Part shown: one piece after another, positions 60,714 to 64,000 of the stretch
Position numbering within the stretch: position 1 is the first letter of the stretch
Layout: each line of letters opens with the position of its first letter
NCBI GenBank assembly: GCA_963705505.1
Contig: CAVPJU010000010.1
Coordinates: forward strand, 320,001-384,000
Direction: 5' to 3'
Length of the DNA stretch: 64,000 nt
Source of the DNA: an uncultured bacterium
GTDB lineage: Bacteria > Desulfobacterota_D > UBA1144 > Nemesobacterales > UBA2774
The notes under the pieces: model-generated
Database searches by the model: none
Seen by the model: only the letters and a program-made list of their open reading frames with translations
What the model was told of the DNA's origin: nothing
Translations under genes and position numbers: made by a program

Positions 60714-61199
60714 ATGCAAAAAATCACACCGTTTTTGTGGTTCGATAACCAAGCCGAAGAGGCGGTTAATTTTTATACGTCCATTTTTAAAAATTCAAAG
60801 ATCGTGAAAGTTGTTCGTTATGACGAAGCAGGAGCAGCAGTCTCCGGAAGACAAAAGGGAACTGTAATGACCGTGGCATTTGAGCTCGAAGGACAAGAAT
60901 TCGTGGCGTTGAACGGCGGGCCGCATTTCACTTTCTCGCCAGCCATATCGTTCGTCGTCAACTGCGAGACGCAGGAAGAAGTAGACGAACTGTGGGAGAA
61001 GCTGTCAGAAGGCGGAGAAAAACAAAGGTGCGCCTGGCTTAAAGACAAGTACGGCGTGTCATGGCAAATCGTTCCCACCGTCCTGGTCGAGATGCTGCAG
61101 GACAAGGACCCCGAGAAATCGAAAAGGGTTATGAATGCGATGCTTCAGATGGATAAAATTGACATTGCAGGCCTCAAGCGGGCATACGCGCAAGAATAG
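60714..61199 (+). CDS. VOC/PhnB-family protein (3-demethylubiquinone-9 3-methyltransferase-like)
   Basis: [14 protein letters not shown] and [11 protein letters not shown] motifs. Confidence 0.92.
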   Translation: MQKITPFLWFDNQAEEAVNFYTSIFKNSKIVKVVRYDEAGAAVSGRQKGTVMTVAFELEGQEFVALNGGPHFTFSPAISFVVNCETQEEVDELWEKLSEGGEKQRCAWLKDKYGVSWQIVPTVLVEMLQDKDPEKSKRVMNAMLQMDKIDIAGLKRAYAQE

Positions 61200-61350
61200 C
61201 CCGAGTCGTTTGTCAAAACCCCGCATCCGTCCAATCGCACACCCTTCTTACGGCTTTCGGAACGGACGGCTCCGTATTGACTCTAACCGGCAGCCGAATC
61301 AGACCGCGAAGGCTCTTTTCATCGACGCTTAATCATGGTTAACTACTCCC

Positions 61351-62772
61351 ATGCCTAAGCGGGTGATCGTTATAGGCGGGGGTATTACGGGCTTAAGCGC
61401 CGCTCACCGCCTTTCCGAACTTAGCAGGGATAAAAATTTAAACCTCGAAATCCTCCTTCTCGAAAAATCGGACAGGCCGGGCGGGGTTATCTCGACAATA
61501 GAGAAAGACGGTTTTATAGTCGAAGAAGGTCCCGATTCGTTCATAACCTCGAAACCCTGGGGCCTTAACCTCTGCGGCCGCCTCGGCCTAGACGGAGAGC
61601 TCATCGAAACCAGTAAAGACAATAGACGCACCTTTATAGTTCTCGACGGCAGATTGGTCCCGCTCCCTGACGGATTTATCATGCTCGCGCCTACGCAGAT
61701 ACTCCCCTTTCTGAGAACCCCGCTCTTCTCATGGCATGGGAAATTGAGGATGCTTATGGACCTCGTCATACCGAGAAAGAATCCGCAAGACGAGAGCCTC
61801 TCTTCGTTCGTAAGGAGGAGACTGGGCCGTGAAGCGCTCGAGCGGGCCGCTCAGCCCATGATAAGCGGAGTCTATACCGCCGATCCCGAAAAATTGAGCC
61901 TCAGGGCCACGATGCCCCAGTTCCTCGAGATGGAAGCGAAGTACGGGAGCGTGATTAAAGGTATGTACCACAGCTATAGAAATAGAAAAAAGAGCGGAAT
62001 GTCCGATAGCGGCGCCAGGTACAGCTTATTCGTTTCATTCAAGAAAGGGATGGGGACGCTCGTTGACGCCTTGATAAAAGAGCTTCCCGTGGGATGCATA
62101 AGACTGGGAGTGACGGTCAGGGATATAGCAGAGACTAACGACGGCTGGGACGTAGCGACCGACGAAGGGGTAATCAACGCCTCCGGCGTCATCGTGACGA
62201 CGCCCGCTCACGTTACGGCCGGGCTTATCGAGAATGCCTCAAAGCCGTGCGCGACTCTTCTAAGAGAGATCGAATACGCGCCCTCGGCTGTAATTATATT
62301 CGCATACAGGAAGGAGGACATCCGGAGCGGGCTCCAGGGCTTCGGCTTCGTTGTACCGATGATCGAGGGGAGCAGCATTATCGCGTGCTCGTTCAGCAGC
62401 GAGAAATTCGCGGGAAGGGCTCCTGAGGGGTGCGCCCTGCTCCGCGCCTTCGTCGGAGGCGCCATCAGTCCCGAGAAGTATCGGATGGACGACTCCGAAA
62501 TAACCGGAGGGGTCGAGAGAGAGTTGAGCGCACTACTTGGCATAAAATCAAAACCGCTGTTCACGATTATCAGAAGGTACCCCGATGCAATGCCCCAGTA
62601 TCACGTCGGGCACCTGGAGCTGGTCGAGAGGATACAGAGGGAAACGAATAAGCTGAAAGGGCTTGTGCTTGCCGGAAACGCATTCGGCGGCGTCGGAATT
62701 CCCGACTGCATAGACTCGGGCGAGAGTGCCTCTGAAAGACTCCTGCAATCTTTATACGAAGGGCATTTTTGA
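61351..62772 (+). CDS. hemY: Protoporphyrinogen/coproporphyrinogen oxidase (HemY type)
   Basis: GGGITGL, E.GPDSF, GFGFVVP, AMPQY.VGH and GVGIPDCI motifs. Confidence 0.93.
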   Translation: MPKRVIVIGGGITGLSAAHRLSELSRDKNLNLEILLLEKSDRPGGVISTIEKDGFIVEEGPDSFITSKPWGLNLCGRLGLDGELIETSKDNRRTFIVLDGRLVPLPDGFIMLAPTQILPFLRTPLFSWHGKLRMLMDLVIPRKNPQDESLSSFVRRRLGREALERAAQPMISGVYTADPEKLSLRATMPQFLEMEAKYGSVIKGMYHSYRNRKKSGMSDSGARYSLFVSFKKGMGTLVDALIKELPVGCIRLGVTVRDIAETNDGWDVATDEGVINASGVIVTTPAHVTAGLIENASKPCATLLREIEYAPSAVIIFAYRKEDIRSGLQGFGFVVPMIEGSSIIACSFSSEKFAGRAPEGCALLRAFVGGAISPEKYRMDDSEITGGVERELSALLGIKSKPLFTIIRRYPDAMPQYHVGHLELVERIQRETNKLKGLVLAGNAFGGVGIPDCIDSGESASERLLQSLYEGHF

Positions 62773-63372
62773 ATCCGGACCGAAAGCAGGCTTACTCGTG
62801 CTGGGCTGGAGCTTGTTTCGTTTTGCGAGCCACGAGTATATCTTTCTAAATGCGAAGAATATAATCGCCGCTACGCCTATTACGGCCAGCACCGGAACCG
62901 TGATCGCTAGTACGGACATCAGGAGAGACCCGCCCGCTTCGACTGTGGAGACAACCGGGTTGCCGAGACCCCCTGTCGTCGCCGTAGACGCGATACGCGT
63001 TATCGTCGTGAAACCCTGAACGGTGCCCGCCACACCCCCGCCAACTATAACCGCGAGCGCCCATTTAAGGAAAGGGCTCATCTCGGATACGGCTGAGGCC
63101 ATTACGATCGTGCCCGCGACAGTCGCCGCGGGTATCGCCACGGTATCGAGGAGGTTATCCACCCATGGAATGTAATAAGCGCCGATTTCGAAAATCGTGG
63201 CTATGGCGAAAGCCGCGAGAGCGGGATATGTGGCGATCCATCCGAACTCAGGGGCCAACGTCATGTGACCGGAAAGGGACGCGACGCTCATAACCAGAAG
63301 GGGAACGAACACCCTGAATCCGCACGCCGCACTCAGCCCCACGCCTACGAAAATGCTCAACAATGTATCCAT
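62752..63372 (-). CDS. DUF4126 membrane protein
   Basis: GLSAACGFRVFVP, YYIPWVDNLLD and TGGLGNPVVST.E motifs. Confidence 0.88.
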   Translation of the reverse strand: MDTLLSIFVGVGLSAACGFRVFVPLLVMSVASLSGHMTLAPEFGWIATYPALAAFAIATIFEIGAYYIPWVDNLLDTVAIPAATVAGTIVMASAVSEMSPFLKWALAVIVGGGVAGTVQGFTTITRIASTATTGGLGNPVVSTVEAGGSLLMSVLAITVPVLAVIGVAAIIFFAFRKIYSWLAKRNKLQPSTSKPAFGPDSKMPFV

Positions 63373-63471
63373 ACCGCTTACCTCCGAATTATAGTATATG
63401 AAGCGGGAAAGTCATTATCAAGCGATATTTATTTGCTGTGATAATCATATGTTCACAGTTAGTTACGCGGG

Positions 63472-63894
63472 CTACTTTTTAACTACCTTCAAAATTTTCA
63501 CTTTGTAATCGAGCACCTTCCCCGCAAGCGGATGGTTGTAGCTTATTTCGATCTTTCCTCCGTCGATTTTGGTAATGTGACAATTCCCGTGGGGGGTTTT
63601 AAGAATCATTCCAACCTCCGGGGTGATCCCGGTGTCCGCAAATAGACCTGAATCCAAGGTCTGAATGAGCTCCGGCTTTTCCACACCGTAGCCGTCCTCC
63701 GGTGATACCCTGAACTCCTTCTCCTCCCCCTCGGCCATCCCTATCAGCTGATCCTCGAGACCCCTGACAAGGCTTCCCGACCCGACCTCGACGGTAAGCG
63801 GATCTTCATCAAACGTGTGGAATGTTGATCCGTCCTCGATTTTACCTTCAAAATTGAACGTAACGGCATACCCGCGCTCGATTTTAATACTCAT
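63472..63894 (-). CDS. slyD: FKBP-type peptidyl-prolyl isomerase (SlyD-like, no His-rich tail)
   Basis: GLE..L.GM..GE, PEDGYG and NHPLAGK.L motifs; AGGAGG RBS. Confidence 0.88.
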   Translation of the reverse strand: MSIKIERGYAVTFNFEGKIEDGSTFHTFDEDPLTVEVGSGSLVRGLEDQLIGMAEGEEKEFRVSPEDGYGVEKPELIQTLDSGLFADTGITPEVGMILKTPHGNCHITKIDGGKIEISYNHPLAGKVLDYKVKILKVVKK

Positions 63895-64000
63895 ACCAAC
63901 CTCCTAATTTAGAGTACATTACGCTGCCAATCCTGAGAATATTGCAACACCAGTCCGCTCCACGGCCTATATGCGAATAAAAAGAGCCAATATTAATAAA

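Overview
Mostly core chromosome of a diderm bacterium of roughly 50% GC (estimated by eye). The gene content resembles Deltaproteobacteria-related lineages such as Ca. Dadabacteria; this is an inference only. About 55 CDS are present. Housekeeping genes include pepA (frameshifted), apgM, an amiC-like amidase, polX, ligA, rlmB, recF, pilD, a PilS/PilR-like two-component pair, hemY and slyD. Other loci are a type III PKS plus methyltransferase pair bracketed by two paralogous ArsR regulators, a siroheme nitrite/sulfite reductase with a sigma-54-type promoter, a tandem ArsA/Get3 ATPase pair and an RND efflux operon. One tRNA-Leu(GAG) carries an integrase-less ~1.85 kb islet bounded by a degenerate copy of its 3' half. 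Several unusual domain fusions occur: substrate-binding domain-TolC, J-domain-USP-USP, NDH-2-cNMP-CBS, a four-repeat cyanovirin-like lectin and a bacterial Cdc48. Intergenic regions hold several different REP-like palindrome families, some clustered or nested, and a ~250-nt nested multi-stem element at 16.57-16.81 kb that is the best candidate for an unannotated structured RNA or MITE. No CRISPR array, rRNA, integrase or transposase was seen. All calls come from reading motifs by eye; no database searches were run.
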